The notes below the pieces were generated by a model. That model had not been told where the DNA came from and made no database searches. It saw only the letters and a program-made list of their open reading frames with translations. This document shows, piece by piece, positions 51,959 through 60,910 of a DNA stretch of 64,000 bases (positions are counted from its first letter, which is position 1; every line of letters starts with the position of its first letter). The DNA comes from Gemmatimonadaceae bacterium. Lineage in GTDB: Bacteria > Gemmatimonadota > Gemmatimonadetes > Gemmatimonadales > Gemmatimonadaceae. Position numbers and translations under genes: made by a program. The stretch spans positions 18,791-82,790 of the forward strand of contig DATLUQ010000002.1 in assembly GCA_035533015.1 (NCBI GenBank), read 5' to 3'.

Positions 51959-52349
51959 AGTTATTGGGTGTCTCCCAGAGCACGAGACGGGCGAGGGTCG
52001 CGGGTGCCACCAGCGGCGCGATGCGCCGCCAGAATGCGACCACGATGTTCTCGCTCGTCGGAATCGTGCCCTGCATGAAGTCCACGTCGAGGTTGAAGTT
52101 CTTGTGATCGACGCGCGCGATCACGCTTTCCTCGACGATGCGTTTGAGGACCGCCAGGTCCATCACGTATCCGGTGCGTGCCGAGATGTCGCCGGTGACC
52201 GACACGTCGAGCACATAGTTGTGCCCATGCCAGTTGGGATTGTTGCACTTGCCGAACAGGGTCTGGTTCTCCTGATCGGACAGCGCCGGGTTGTGAACCC
52301 GGTGGGCGGCATTGAAATGCAGCCGCCGGGTAACGGTTAATTGTGGCAT
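51936..52349 (-). CDS. 6-pyruvoyl-tetrahydropterin synthase (PTPS-II-like signature)
   Basis: [34 protein letters not shown]. The CNNPN-HGH spacing matches the eukaryote/cyanobacterial PTPS type, not the QueD type C-x3-HGH. Confidence 0.8.
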   Translation of the reverse strand: MPQLTVTRRLHFNAAHRVHNPALSDQENQTLFGKCNNPNWHGHNYVLDVSVTGDISARTGYVMDLAVLKRIVEESVIARVDHKNFNLDVDFMQGTIPTSENIVVAFWRRIAPLVAPATLARLVLWETPNNYVEYDGR

Positions 52350-52666
52350 CTGGCCCTCACCTGGTGCATCAACACCGCGGCCCCGCGGGGCGTTCCCGAT
52401 TGGCGCCGCGCTCCCCGGGGAATCGAGACGACGAACCCCGCGGTTGCCCGCGGGGTTCGAAGAAAACGGAACGAAGAGGGTTTTGTGAAGCCCAGTCGAA
52501 GTTTTGAGGTCCTCACCACACCTTCCGCCTTCCCCCGCACTGGGGGCGTGACGTCGATATAGATTATCGAACCCACTCGGTGGACTTGTTGGCTCAAAAA
52601 CGGAACTCTTCGCCCGTCGGGTTTTCCGCGGTACAATCTATCCGTCGGCATTCGAAGGAGCAATTC

Positions 52667-52828
52667 ATGGATTTCGGGATTCTGCTCGCCGTGGTGCTCA
52701 TCGCGATCTGGGCGGTCGTCGCACTCGGGTTCAACGGACCGGGGTGGATCCACCTGCTCCTGACCGTCGGCGTGGCGTTGTTCATCTGGCGGGTGGCGAA
52801 CAAGAGGCGACCGGCCGCCAACAGCTGA
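52667..52828 (+). CDS. lmo0937-like small membrane protein
   Basis: A GAAGGAG Shine-Dalgarno lies upstream. 53 aa with two TM helices: MDFGILLAVVLIAIWAVVALGF..WIHLLLTVGVALFIWRV. Confidence 0.6.
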   Translation: MDFGILLAVVLIAIWAVVALGFNGPGWIHLLLTVGVALFIWRVANKRRPAANS

Positions 52829-52894
52829 CCGCGATCGGTAGACGGGCGGCGACGTGACCAGGTTCGCGGCCAGCCGATGGTCGCGAGCGGCCGC

Positions 52895-53872
52895 TCAGAT
52901 TTCCCAATTGGACAGGACGATACCCCGCGCAGGCCGGCGCTCTTCGTACCCGGCGAGGGACATGCGCAGGTCGCTCCAGCGGACCCGGCCGCCGAGGGCG
53001 ATCAGCTGTTGGTACGCCGCCGCATACTCGCCCTGCACACGGATGGCCACGCGCCGGGTACCGCACCGCCGCGCGAAGTCGCGCAGCGTCGCCACCATCG
53101 CGTCGAGATGCGACGCGTCCGACAGCACCAGCTTGAGCACGCGCAGTTCCTCGCGCACGCGCCCCTCCACCAGCGGCACGGTGTGGCACAGGGCGAAGCC
53201 GGCCAGCACGTTGGCGTCGTACAGCAGCACGGTGTCGCCCACCGACAGCTCGTCGGTGAGGGCAATCTCGCGCGTGTGATCGTACCCCGGGAGGAGGTCG
53301 TCGAGCAGCGTACGGCACTCGACAAGCGCGTGCTCCTTTTCCAGCGACGAGAGCCGGCCGAACAGGCGGGGCGGGAGACCCGTGTTCGCCGCCTCGAGCG
53401 TGGTGGTCAGCGTCAGCCGCCCGGGCACGAATCCCAGCGACGAGTAGAAGCCGATGTTGTCGAGGGTGCGTGGCATGGTTTCCAAACCGATGACCGTGGC
53501 GCCCGAATCCTTGAGCCACTCGATGCCCCGGCGCACGACTTCCTTGCCGATGCCGACCGCCTGGTAGTCCTGCCGCACGGCGAGCGGACCCATCCACCCC
53601 TCGGTCCCCGAACGGTGCACCATGTTGAACGCGGCCACGTCGCCGTGCGGCGTGCGCCAGCACAGCGCGCCCGCGGCGGCGTCCTCGATGGCATACCGCC
53701 AGACCACGGGGTTGAGAAAGGGAACGCGCACCCCGACCATGCCATCCCGGCGGTAGCGCTCGGTGAACGCGTCGCTGAACACCTGGTTCAGCCCCGCGAC
53801 GTCGTCCAACGTGACGGAGAACGGGCCCTCGATGGCCGGCGCGGGCTTCCAGGAGCGGGAGACTGCCATCAC
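52895..53872 (-). CDS. two-domain GNAT N-acetyltransferase
   Basis: The acetyl-CoA motif is LAVRQDYQAVGIGKEVV. A second GNAT-like half follows. It overlaps the sbcC/rad50 stop by 4 nt. Confidence 0.75.
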   Translation of the reverse strand: MMAVSRSWKPAPAIEGPFSVTLDDVAGLNQVFSDAFTERYRRDGMVGVRVPFLNPVVWRYAIEDAAAGALCWRTPHGDVAAFNMVHRSGTEGWMGPLAVRQDYQAVGIGKEVVRRGIEWLKDSGATVIGLETMPRTLDNIGFYSSLGFVPGRLTLTTTLEAANTGLPPRLFGRLSSLEKEHALVECRTLLDDLLPGYDHTREIALTDELSVGDTVLLYDANVLAGFALCHTVPLVEGRVREELRVLKLVLSDASHLDAMVATLRDFARRCGTRRVAIRVQGEYAAAYQQLIALGGRVRWSDLRMSLAGYEERRPARGIVLSNWEI

Positions 53873-56322
53873 TCCCCCACCCCGGCAGCCACGACGACCT
53901 CGGGTGTCTCCGCGGCCTCCCCCGGGCGCTCCACCCGCACCCGCGACTCTCCTGCCTCCTCGTCGTAGCGCACGGTGATCACGCGATCGAGCCCCTCCCT
54001 CACCGATTCGATGTGTGTGATGACGATGACCTGCTCGAACCGGTCGTGCAAGCGCCGCAGCAGTTCCACGACGTTCTGGCGCCGGACCTCGTCGAGCGAT
54101 CCGAAGATCTCGTCGAGGACGAGGAGCGAGAACGGCTGGCCGGCGCGGTCGGCGATCATCTGCGAGATCGCGAGGCGCAGCACCAGGTTGGCCACGTCCT
54201 CCTCACCGCCCGAAATGGCCGGTTTCCGGATGCCATCCTCGAGCACGCAGATCGCGTAGTCGTCATCGAGTTCAAGTTCGGTGTACCGGCCATCGGTGAG
54301 ATCCGTGATGAGGGTGCTGGCGAGCGCCGAGATCTCGGGCCGCAACTGCTCGTTGAGCCGGAAGCGGAGATCCTCGAATGCGTCGTCGAGTTCGTCGTGC
54401 AGCCGGCGGTCGGCGGTGAGGGCATCGGCCTTGGCGCGTTGCGCGTCGAGTTCGCGCTGCGCCGCCCGCGCCCGATCGTCGTCCTGGAGCGCCGCCGCTG
54501 CCTCGCCCTCGGCCGCCACCGACGCCAGCTCGGCGGCGCGGAACTCCGCCGCGGCCGCCTCGTACCGGCCGCGCAGCGCGTCGAACGATTCCTCGGAGAA
54601 CTGGAGGCCGTCGCGCTCGGTGGTCAGTTCGGCGATCTTGGCGCTCACGCCTTCCAGCCGTTCCGCCGTCTCGGTGGCCGCCTGGCGCACCGGCGCCTCA
54701 CGCTCGACCAGTGCCGAGAGTTTGGTTGCCCGCGCATCGAGCGGTTGGAGCCGGGCGCGCTCGGCAAGCGCCTGTTGGTGCGCCGACGCGTCGTAGCCAC
54801 TGGGCAGTTCGGCCAGGTCATTCTGCAGCGTGGCCTGGCGCTGTTCCTTCTCGGCGATGTCGCGTCCCAGCTGCGTCTGCTCCTGCACGGCCAGCTGCAC
54901 CTTGGCCAGGCGCCGTTCCAGCTTTCCCACCTCCTCGAACGCCCGGCGGCGCTGCTCGTCGAGCTCCTTCACGTCATCCGGCATCTCTTCGAGCTGCCCG
55001 ATACGCTGGCGGTAGTAGTTGCCGTCCACCTGCACCGTTTCCATCTGCGAGTCGAGCAGATCGAGCACGTGGCGGTAATGGTCGCCCAGTGGCCGCGCGC
55101 ACGTGGGACAGATGCCGTCCTCGCCCAGATTGACGAGGGTCTCGCGCTGTTGCTTCAATTCCGTGTACTGCTGGCGCAGGGCCTGGATCTTGGTCTCGGC
55201 TTCCTGGCGGTCGCGCACCCACGCCGTGCGTTTGGCTTCGAGGGTGCCCTCGACCGTCTGGAGTTCCCTGCGTTTGCCCTCGAGTTCGACCGTCACTTCC
55301 TCTTCCAGGGCGGGCGAGGTGTCGACGCGCTCGAGGCGTTCACGCAGCCGGGTCAGCTCCTCGGTGAGCACCCGGTCGTTGTCGAGCAACGTCTGGCGTC
55401 GCCCCTCGGCACGGGACAGTTCCTCCATGGCCTGCAGGCGCTCGGCGAGGGCGGCAAGCGGGGCGAGCTCCACGGCGAGCCGTTCCAGTTCGCCGCGGGC
55501 ATCGGCGATCTCGGCGGTCTCGCGGGCCAGCCGTTCGCCGTCCCGCAGCAGGTTGCCCGACTCGTTCTCGAGGACGCGTAGTTCACCGGCCACGCGCTGG
55601 ACGGCGTCGCGCACGCGATGCATGGCGGTCCAGCGGGGTTCGAGTTCCGACGCCACGAGGCGCGCCGCCTCCGTGCGGGTGACCGCGTCGCGGGCGCGGG
55701 ACGTGGCGGCGGTGAGGCGTTCGAGCGACTGCATGAGCATTCGCTCCACGCTCTCCGGGTCGGGCATGGCGCTCCGCAGGCCATTCAACTGCGCCGTGAT
55801 CAGCCGCCGGCGCTCGCGCGCCATCTCCTGCGCCGCCCGCAGCCGGTCGTACCCGAGCACGCGCGACAGGAAGTGCTTGCGCTCGGTGGGCCCCATGGCG
55901 TTCATCACGCTCAGGTCCTTCTGGCCCGTGAAATACGTATTGAAGAATTCCTGCCGCGTCATGCGAAGCCGGCGGCGCAGGAAGTCGGTGACGCCGGTGA
56001 CGGAATTGGCCACCGGGTCGTGGCCGCCGTCGAGGAACAGTTCGGCCGTGGTGAGGCCGCGTTCCACCCGGTAGCGGTGGCCGCCGAGGTCGAACTCGAG
56101 CGCCACCTTCACCGGAGCGCGGCCCGTGGCGCGAATGGTGCGCACGCCCTCCTTGTCGGTGCGCAGCGCGAGCGAACCGTACAGCGCCCAGCTGATCGCC
56201 TCGAGGATCGTGGACTTGCCGGCGCCGTTGGGCCCGATGATGCCGGTGAGCCCCGACTCGAACTCGATGCGCGTGTCGACGTGCTGGCGGAAGTTGGTGA
56301 GGTGCAGGGAACTGAGGCGCAT
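53869..56322 (-). CDS. sbcC: Rad50/SbcC-type SMC-like ATPase
   Basis: LTNFRQH..GIIGPNGAGKSTILEAISWALYG. A long coiled coil carries a CPTC zinc hook. The signature is ISGGEEDVANLVLRLA and Walker B is LLVLDEIFGSLD. Confidence 0.88.
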   Translation of the reverse strand: MRLSSLHLTNFRQHVDTRIEFESGLTGIIGPNGAGKSTILEAISWALYGSLALRTDKEGVRTIRATGRAPVKVALEFDLGGHRYRVERGLTTAELFLDGGHDPVANSVTGVTDFLRRRLRMTRQEFFNTYFTGQKDLSVMNAMGPTERKHFLSRVLGYDRLRAAQEMARERRRLITAQLNGLRSAMPDPESVERMLMQSLERLTAATSRARDAVTRTEAARLVASELEPRWTAMHRVRDAVQRVAGELRVLENESGNLLRDGERLARETAEIADARGELERLAVELAPLAALAERLQAMEELSRAEGRRQTLLDNDRVLTEELTRLRERLERVDTSPALEEEVTVELEGKRRELQTVEGTLEAKRTAWVRDRQEAETKIQALRQQYTELKQQRETLVNLGEDGICPTCARPLGDHYRHVLDLLDSQMETVQVDGNYYRQRIGQLEEMPDDVKELDEQRRRAFEEVGKLERRLAKVQLAVQEQTQLGRDIAEKEQRQATLQNDLAELPSGYDASAHQQALAERARLQPLDARATKLSALVEREAPVRQAATETAERLEGVSAKIAELTTERDGLQFSEESFDALRGRYEAAAAEFRAAELASVAAEGEAAAALQDDDRARAAQRELDAQRAKADALTADRRLHDELDDAFEDLRFRLNEQLRPEISALASTLITDLTDGRYTELELDDDYAICVLEDGIRKPAISGGEEDVANLVLRLAISQMIADRAGQPFSLLVLDEIFGSLDEVRRQNVVELLRRLHDRFEQVIVITHIESVREGLDRVITVRYDEEAGESRVRVERPGEAAETPEVVVAAGVGE

Positions 56323-57554
56323 CAGCCCTCGGCCTCCCCGGCCGCGACGAGTTCAGCGGCCGTCGCTTGGTCCAGATATTCGAACACACGCTCGATCAAC
56401 TGCTCGCGGTCCACCCCCGGGGCGAGCTGGCGGCTGCGCAGGCGTTCGCGCACGAACTCGGCCAGCGACTGCGGATGACCGGGCGCCGCCTCGCCGCGGA
56501 GCGGCCGCGTATCGGGACGGAGGAGCTCGAGTTGAAAGTGGAACGCCCGCCGCTTGTACTCGCGCAGCGCCTGGTGGTCGAGGTCGTTGTTGATGTGGCG
56601 GGCGACGTCCCGCACGACCAGGCGGACGATCTTGTTGTCGATGCCGCCGGCGCAGCCGTCCACGGCCGCGCGAATGGCGCCGTCGAGTTCCGCGCCCGTC
56701 ATGCCGCGGCCGCTGAAGCCGGCGAGTTCCGCCAGGACGCGCGACGGCGGAAGGGGGTGGAACGTGTGCACGCCCGTCTCGAGGTCGAATTCGATGAACC
56801 CCTTTCCGGGCAACCCCGCCTCGCGCTCCTCGGCCAATTCGCCCCACGTGTTGGCGCTGGTGTAGTCGATCGATCCGCTGTAGTAGGCATTGGGCGCCAC
56901 CCGGCGGTGCACGTGGTAGTGACCCAGCGCCACGTACGACCACTGCGGGGCCCGCAGCTCCTCTTCAGTAATCTCATATGTGGCGCGGTCGGTCATCGCG
57001 GCGCGCCGCGGAATCACCCCGGCCACTTCGCCGTGGATGAGCAGCACGTTGCGCCGCGCCGCGGGGTCGGGGCTCAGATCCGGACGCTCGCCCGGCACGT
57101 CGGGCACGGCCAACACCGACACGCCGAGCGCCGGGAACGAGAGCCGCCGCGCCTCGAAGTCCACGATGTGCAGGTTCTCCTGCTCGAACAGACGGAGAAT
57201 GCACCCGGTCTCGCTGGCGCGCGGAAGATCGTGATTGCCCGCCACGATCACGATCGGCACGCCGGGCAAAGCGTCCGCCAGCCGGTTGAACTGGTGAAAC
57301 GCATGCAGGATGGCCGGGTTCGCCGGCCGCACGGTGTGAAACACGTCCCCCGCCACCACGATCAGATCGGGGTGGAGCGCGATCACGCGATCCACCACAC
57401 GCTTGAAGGTGAGCGCGACGTCGGCCTCCCGCTGGTTGGCGCCGATGGGCGTCAATCGTTGATACTGGCGGTAGCCAAGGTGGAGATCCGACAGATGCAC
57501 GACGCGCAAAACGGGTCTCGGGCGAGAGGGAATGGCCGCGGGCGAGGCGGCCAA
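56322..57554 (-). CDS. sbcD: Mre11/SbcD-type nuclease
   Basis: Phosphoesterase motifs are VVHLSDLHLG, VVAGDVFH, VAGNHD, LIHG and LGHYH. The start codon is uncertain (TTG at 57554). Confidence 0.85.
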   Translation of the reverse strand: MAASPAAIPSRPRPVLRVVHLSDLHLGYRQYQRLTPIGANQREADVALTFKRVVDRVIALHPDLIVVAGDVFHTVRPANPAILHAFHQFNRLADALPGVPIVIVAGNHDLPRASETGCILRLFEQENLHIVDFEARRLSFPALGVSVLAVPDVPGERPDLSPDPAARRNVLLIHGEVAGVIPRRAAMTDRATYEITEEELRAPQWSYVALGHYHVHRRVAPNAYYSGSIDYTSANTWGELAEEREAGLPGKGFIEFDLETGVHTFHPLPPSRVLAELAGFSGRGMTGAELDGAIRAAVDGCAGGIDNKIVRLVVRDVARHINNDLDHQALREYKRRAFHFQLELLRPDTRPLRGEAAPGHPQSLAEFVRERLRSRQLAPGVDREQLIERVFEYLDQATAAELVAAGEAEG

Positions 57555-57625
57555 TGTCTAATCGCTAACCGCCGCTGTCCCGGTTGTCCATAGCGCGGCG
57601 ACCGCCCGCGCCGCGCGACGAGGGG

Positions 57626-59608
57626 TCAGAACGGCGGCTCCTCGGGAGGCTCGTCGTCGCCGTACGGATTCGCCCCGCGCGGCACGCGAAGCCCGCGCGG
57701 CGGCCGGACCCGTGGCTGCTCCGCCGGCACGATCCGGCGGAACTGGGCGGCGAAGAATGCCTTCACGTCGTCGGGGCGGGTCCGGAGCGTCACGTCGCGC
57801 GCCCGGAGCACGTCGGCATCGTCGTGCGGCCCCACGACTTCCTGCACCCATCCCACCGTGATGCTGGGATCGAGTCTGCGCAACGCGCGCGCCACGGCCG
57901 CGTCGAGGGTCATCTCCTGAGCCTGGGGGAACCGCTCGGCCCCATCGCGCCCGCGCATCACGGCGGGCCGCGGAAAGCGCACGAAGATCGGCTGCGTGAA
58001 GTGGGGATGCCGTACCATCAACTGGCCCTTCTCCAACGTCGCCAGCTTGGTCCGCGTGGCCGGGCTCAGCACGGCGTACCCCGGCGTGGCCAGCTCGTCG
58101 CCGTCCATGCGGCCATACAGCGACGTCCCCGCATTGCCCACTACGCGGCGGTGCACCTGCGACCGGAACTGCTGCGCGCTGAACAGCACGAGTCCCAGGT
58201 ACCGGCCCCGCTCGGCAATGTCGAGCAGCATCTTGCGCACATACGTGTCGGCGCCGTCGGCGGGCGCGTACTTGTTGAGCTCGTCCACGAACACCATTAC
58301 GTGGTTCACACCCAGGTCACGCCGCTCGAGATGCTCCCGCAGCTTGGTCACCACGCGCGCGAACACCAGATCCTGCGCGTCCTCCTCCAGCCCGGCCACG
58401 TCCACCACGTAGACGGCGCGGTCGTCGAACGCGCCGAACGGGAGATCGCTCACCGTCCCCTCGTCGGTCACCAGGCCAGCGCACCGAGTGGAGATGTTGG
58501 ACAGCCGGTTGCGCACCTTGCGGATCGTGGCCACGTGGTGCGTGCGCCAGTGTTCACCCCGGTTCTGCTGCTCCACCGTGCGCAGCAGATCGCGGAACCA
58601 GTCCTCCAGATCGGCGAACGACTGCACCCGGTGCGTCTTCGCGAATCCGTCGTCGGTGAACTCGCGGTCGAGCACCCGCTCGCGGATGAAGTCGATGAAC
58701 GCGTCGGCCTTGGCGTCCACGTCGTCCTTGTTGAGCAGCACCTCGGCGTACTGCATCACCTCGCGAAGCCCCCAGGTGAGCGGGAACACGTTGCCGGCCA
58801 GCTGCTCATTGGAGCGCAGCGTGTTGAGCGTGAATCCCTTGGCCGTGTACGGCGCGAAGTATCTCACGTTCGGGAACGGCTCAGCCGGCACGTCGAGCGC
58901 CGCGTACAGCGCGCGATCGGCGTCGTCCAGCGCGCCCGGCTGGTCCAGGAAGCAGAGGTCGGGCCCCTTCACGTTGAAGCACACCGCCGCCACCGACCCC
59001 TTCTGCGCCGGGAAGTGCGCGAACGTGGACGCCAGCAGCCACTCGATGGCGCTGGTCTTGGTGGCGAGACCCGACACGCCGGTGATGTTGAGGTGCGCCG
59101 CCTCCGGACCCATCAGGAAGTCCGCGTCCAAATAGATCGGCGCCTCGATGCCGCCGGCCCGGTAGATCCCCACCGGGATTCCCGTGTCGGCGCCTTCGGC
59201 CAGGTAGCCGTCCATCCGCAGCGCCACGGCCACGTCGTGCCGGTCGGCCAGGAACACCTCGCCCATCGGCACCGGCTGGAGCGGCTCTTCGGGCACGTGC
59301 CGGAGCACCGCCGCCGTGTACAGCCGGATCTCGGCGCGGCGCGCGGCCGACAGCGACTCCGACGCCGGCGCGCCGTCGTGGCCCAGCACGTCGTGCAGCG
59401 GCGTCTGCAGATCGCTGTAGCTGAACCCCTCCACCACCACGCCGTAGATGCGCGGGATCACGCCGTTCACCGGGTCAGGGCCTTCCACGCGCACGATCGT
59501 CCCGATGCCGACCGGCGAATCGAGCGCCGTCCAGAATCCGAACTCGTGCGGCGTGTTGGGCTTGCGCTCGGTGGCGACCACGCGACCGAGGACCGGGGAA
59601 TCGCTCAT
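57626..59608 (-). CDS. herA: HerA-like hexameric ATPase/translocase
   Basis: ORF 57626..60286 trimmed to MSDSPVLGRVVATE (ATGA overlap with nurA). It has an N-terminal HAS-barrel-like segment, P-loop GVSGLATKTS, Walker B VMVFVDELNKY, and the FtsK/HerA block LGLVLFSAQQFRSQV. Confidence 0.75.
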   Translation of the reverse strand: MSDSPVLGRVVATERKPNTPHEFGFWTALDSPVGIGTIVRVEGPDPVNGVIPRIYGVVVEGFSYSDLQTPLHDVLGHDGAPASESLSAARRAEIRLYTAAVLRHVPEEPLQPVPMGEVFLADRHDVAVALRMDGYLAEGADTGIPVGIYRAGGIEAPIYLDADFLMGPEAAHLNITGVSGLATKTSAIEWLLASTFAHFPAQKGSVAAVCFNVKGPDLCFLDQPGALDDADRALYAALDVPAEPFPNVRYFAPYTAKGFTLNTLRSNEQLAGNVFPLTWGLREVMQYAEVLLNKDDVDAKADAFIDFIRERVLDREFTDDGFAKTHRVQSFADLEDWFRDLLRTVEQQNRGEHWRTHHVATIRKVRNRLSNISTRCAGLVTDEGTVSDLPFGAFDDRAVYVVDVAGLEEDAQDLVFARVVTKLREHLERRDLGVNHVMVFVDELNKYAPADGADTYVRKMLLDIAERGRYLGLVLFSAQQFRSQVHRRVVGNAGTSLYGRMDGDELATPGYAVLSPATRTKLATLEKGQLMVRHPHFTQPIFVRFPRPAVMRGRDGAERFPQAQEMTLDAAVARALRRLDPSITVGWVQEVVGPHDDADVLRARDVTLRTRPDDVKAFFAAQFRRIVPAEQPRVRPPRGLRVPRGANPYGDDEPPEEPPF

Positions 59609-60600
59609 TGAATGGCCTTGAGGAAGACTTCGCAATCGCGGATGCCGTACGCCATCGTGTCCCACCGCCCGTCCGGATGCGCCGTGGGCGACCGCTCGGC
59701 CAGGATGCGGCGCGAGAGGTCGTCGGCGCGCGCCGTGATCGCCGGCCGCGGCATGTCGGGCTCGTGGCGCACCTCCACGCGCACCAGCCCCCACAACGGA
59801 TCGCGGCCCGCGCGGGGACGCAGGCGCAGGTACCAACTCGCCACCGGCACCCGGCTCGGCGACGCCACCACGAACACGCTCGACCGTTCGCGCTCGTCGA
59901 GCGCGAAGATCACGCGCCGCGCCGCACCGTCGCCGTACAACGTACGATGGCTCTTGATCACGCCCACGGTCTGGGCCGCGCGCGCCAGGATCACCGAGCC
60001 GCGGAGCCCGCCGTCCACGTACAGCGCCTCCGGACGCTCGGCGCACCACTTCTGCGCCACCTGCTGTTCCAGCTGCTCGCGATCCCGGTGGATCTGCTTG
60101 AGCGCCGCGTCGCGGTGCGCCAGCGGGTGCGCGTCGGCGAGCGTCGGGTCGTCCGCCGCGGTGTCGATGGCCGCCGGGCCGAGCGCCTCGAGCGCGTCCC
60201 ACTCGGCGGCGCGCATCGCCCGCCGCGGCGCGTACAGGCGCTGGCGCACCACATGGGCCCACGTGGCGGCGCGCCCCCGCGTCCACTGGCGCACGACGGC
60301 CGCCGTCACGCCGAGCACGATCGGCGCCCCGTCCTCGGCATGCGCCATGAGGTCGCTGCGCTGCGTGCCGTCCAGGAACGCCGTGAAGTGCGGCTCGGGA
60401 TCGCCGACCACCGCGCGGGCACGGAGCGCGTCGTCTTCCACCACGTCGGCCCGGGCGATCAACGGCGGATCCACCGCCGCCGACAGCTCCAGCGGCGGGC
60501 CCCCCTCGGTGTTGAGCGACGCCGAGGGCAGCGCGCGGCCCAGCGCGCGCTGCAGCTCGTCGAGCCGGAAATGCACAGGGTGGGCCGCCGCCAGTACCAT
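59605..60600 (-). CDS. nurA: NurA-like nuclease
   Basis: Conserved acidic blocks are FLDGTQRS and LYVDGGL, then GVIKSHRT, WYLRL, and the C-terminal GRWDTMAYGIRDCEVFLKA. Adjacent to and coupled with herA. Confidence 0.6.
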   Translation of the reverse strand: MVLAAAHPVHFRLDELQRALGRALPSASLNTEGGPPLELSAAVDPPLIARADVVEDDALRARAVVGDPEPHFTAFLDGTQRSDLMAHAEDGAPIVLGVTAAVVRQWTRGRAATWAHVVRQRLYAPRRAMRAAEWDALEALGPAAIDTAADDPTLADAHPLAHRDAALKQIHRDREQLEQQVAQKWCAERPEALYVDGGLRGSVILARAAQTVGVIKSHRTLYGDGAARRVIFALDERERSSVFVVASPSRVPVASWYLRLRPRAGRDPLWGLVRVEVRHEPDMPRPAITARADDLSRRILAERSPTAHPDGRWDTMAYGIRDCEVFLKAIQ

Positions 60601-60631
60601 GCCCAAAGCTATCGGGCCTCGCGGCCCGCCG

Positions 60632-60910
60632 TCACTCCACGCCGATGTCCCAGGCCTGCTGCAGATCGCCCTTGGAATAGGCCCGGAACGCCGTCAGCGT
60701 CTGCGTCCGCTGGATGCCCGGCACGGTGGGGAACACCTCGGTCACCACGCGCGCGATCTGGTCGTACTCCGGCACGCGGACGATCGCCACGAGGTCCCAA
60801 TCGCCCGACACCGAGTACACCTCCGCCACACCGTCCACCCCGGCCAGCATCCTGGCGGCATTGGGGATCTGCGTGGGCTCCACGCGAATGAGTACGATGG
60901 TCGTGATCAC
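60632..60910 (-). CDS. stand-alone Lrp/AsnC ligand-binding (RAM) domain protein
   Basis: ORF trimmed to the GTG (VITTIVLIRVEP..VDGVAEVYSVSGDWDLVAIVRV..). 92 aa with no HTH. Confidence 0.6.
   Translation of the reverse strand: MITTIVLIRVEPTQIPNAARMLAGVDGVAEVYSVSGDWDLVAIVRVPEYDQIARVVTEVFPTVPGIQRTQTLTAFRAYSKGDLQQAWDIGVE

Noticed and set aside
52350-52660. A known riboswitch (preQ1-I/II, THF-I) upstream of the PTPS/queD-like gene.
   Set aside because: I could not recognise the conserved cores of these classes by eye. It is kept only as an unclassified structured leader (see findings). An Infernal scan is needed.
53869-57554. SbcC/SbcD-like pair as part of a Lamassu/Wadjet/Gabija-type defence system.
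   Set aside because: The ATPase has a full-length coiled coil with a CxxC zinc hook. The nuclease has all Mre11 phosphoesterase motifs, and the neighbours are NurA/HerA. This fits a DSB-resection complex better. The defence alternative is retained only as a secondary hypothesis in the operon finding.
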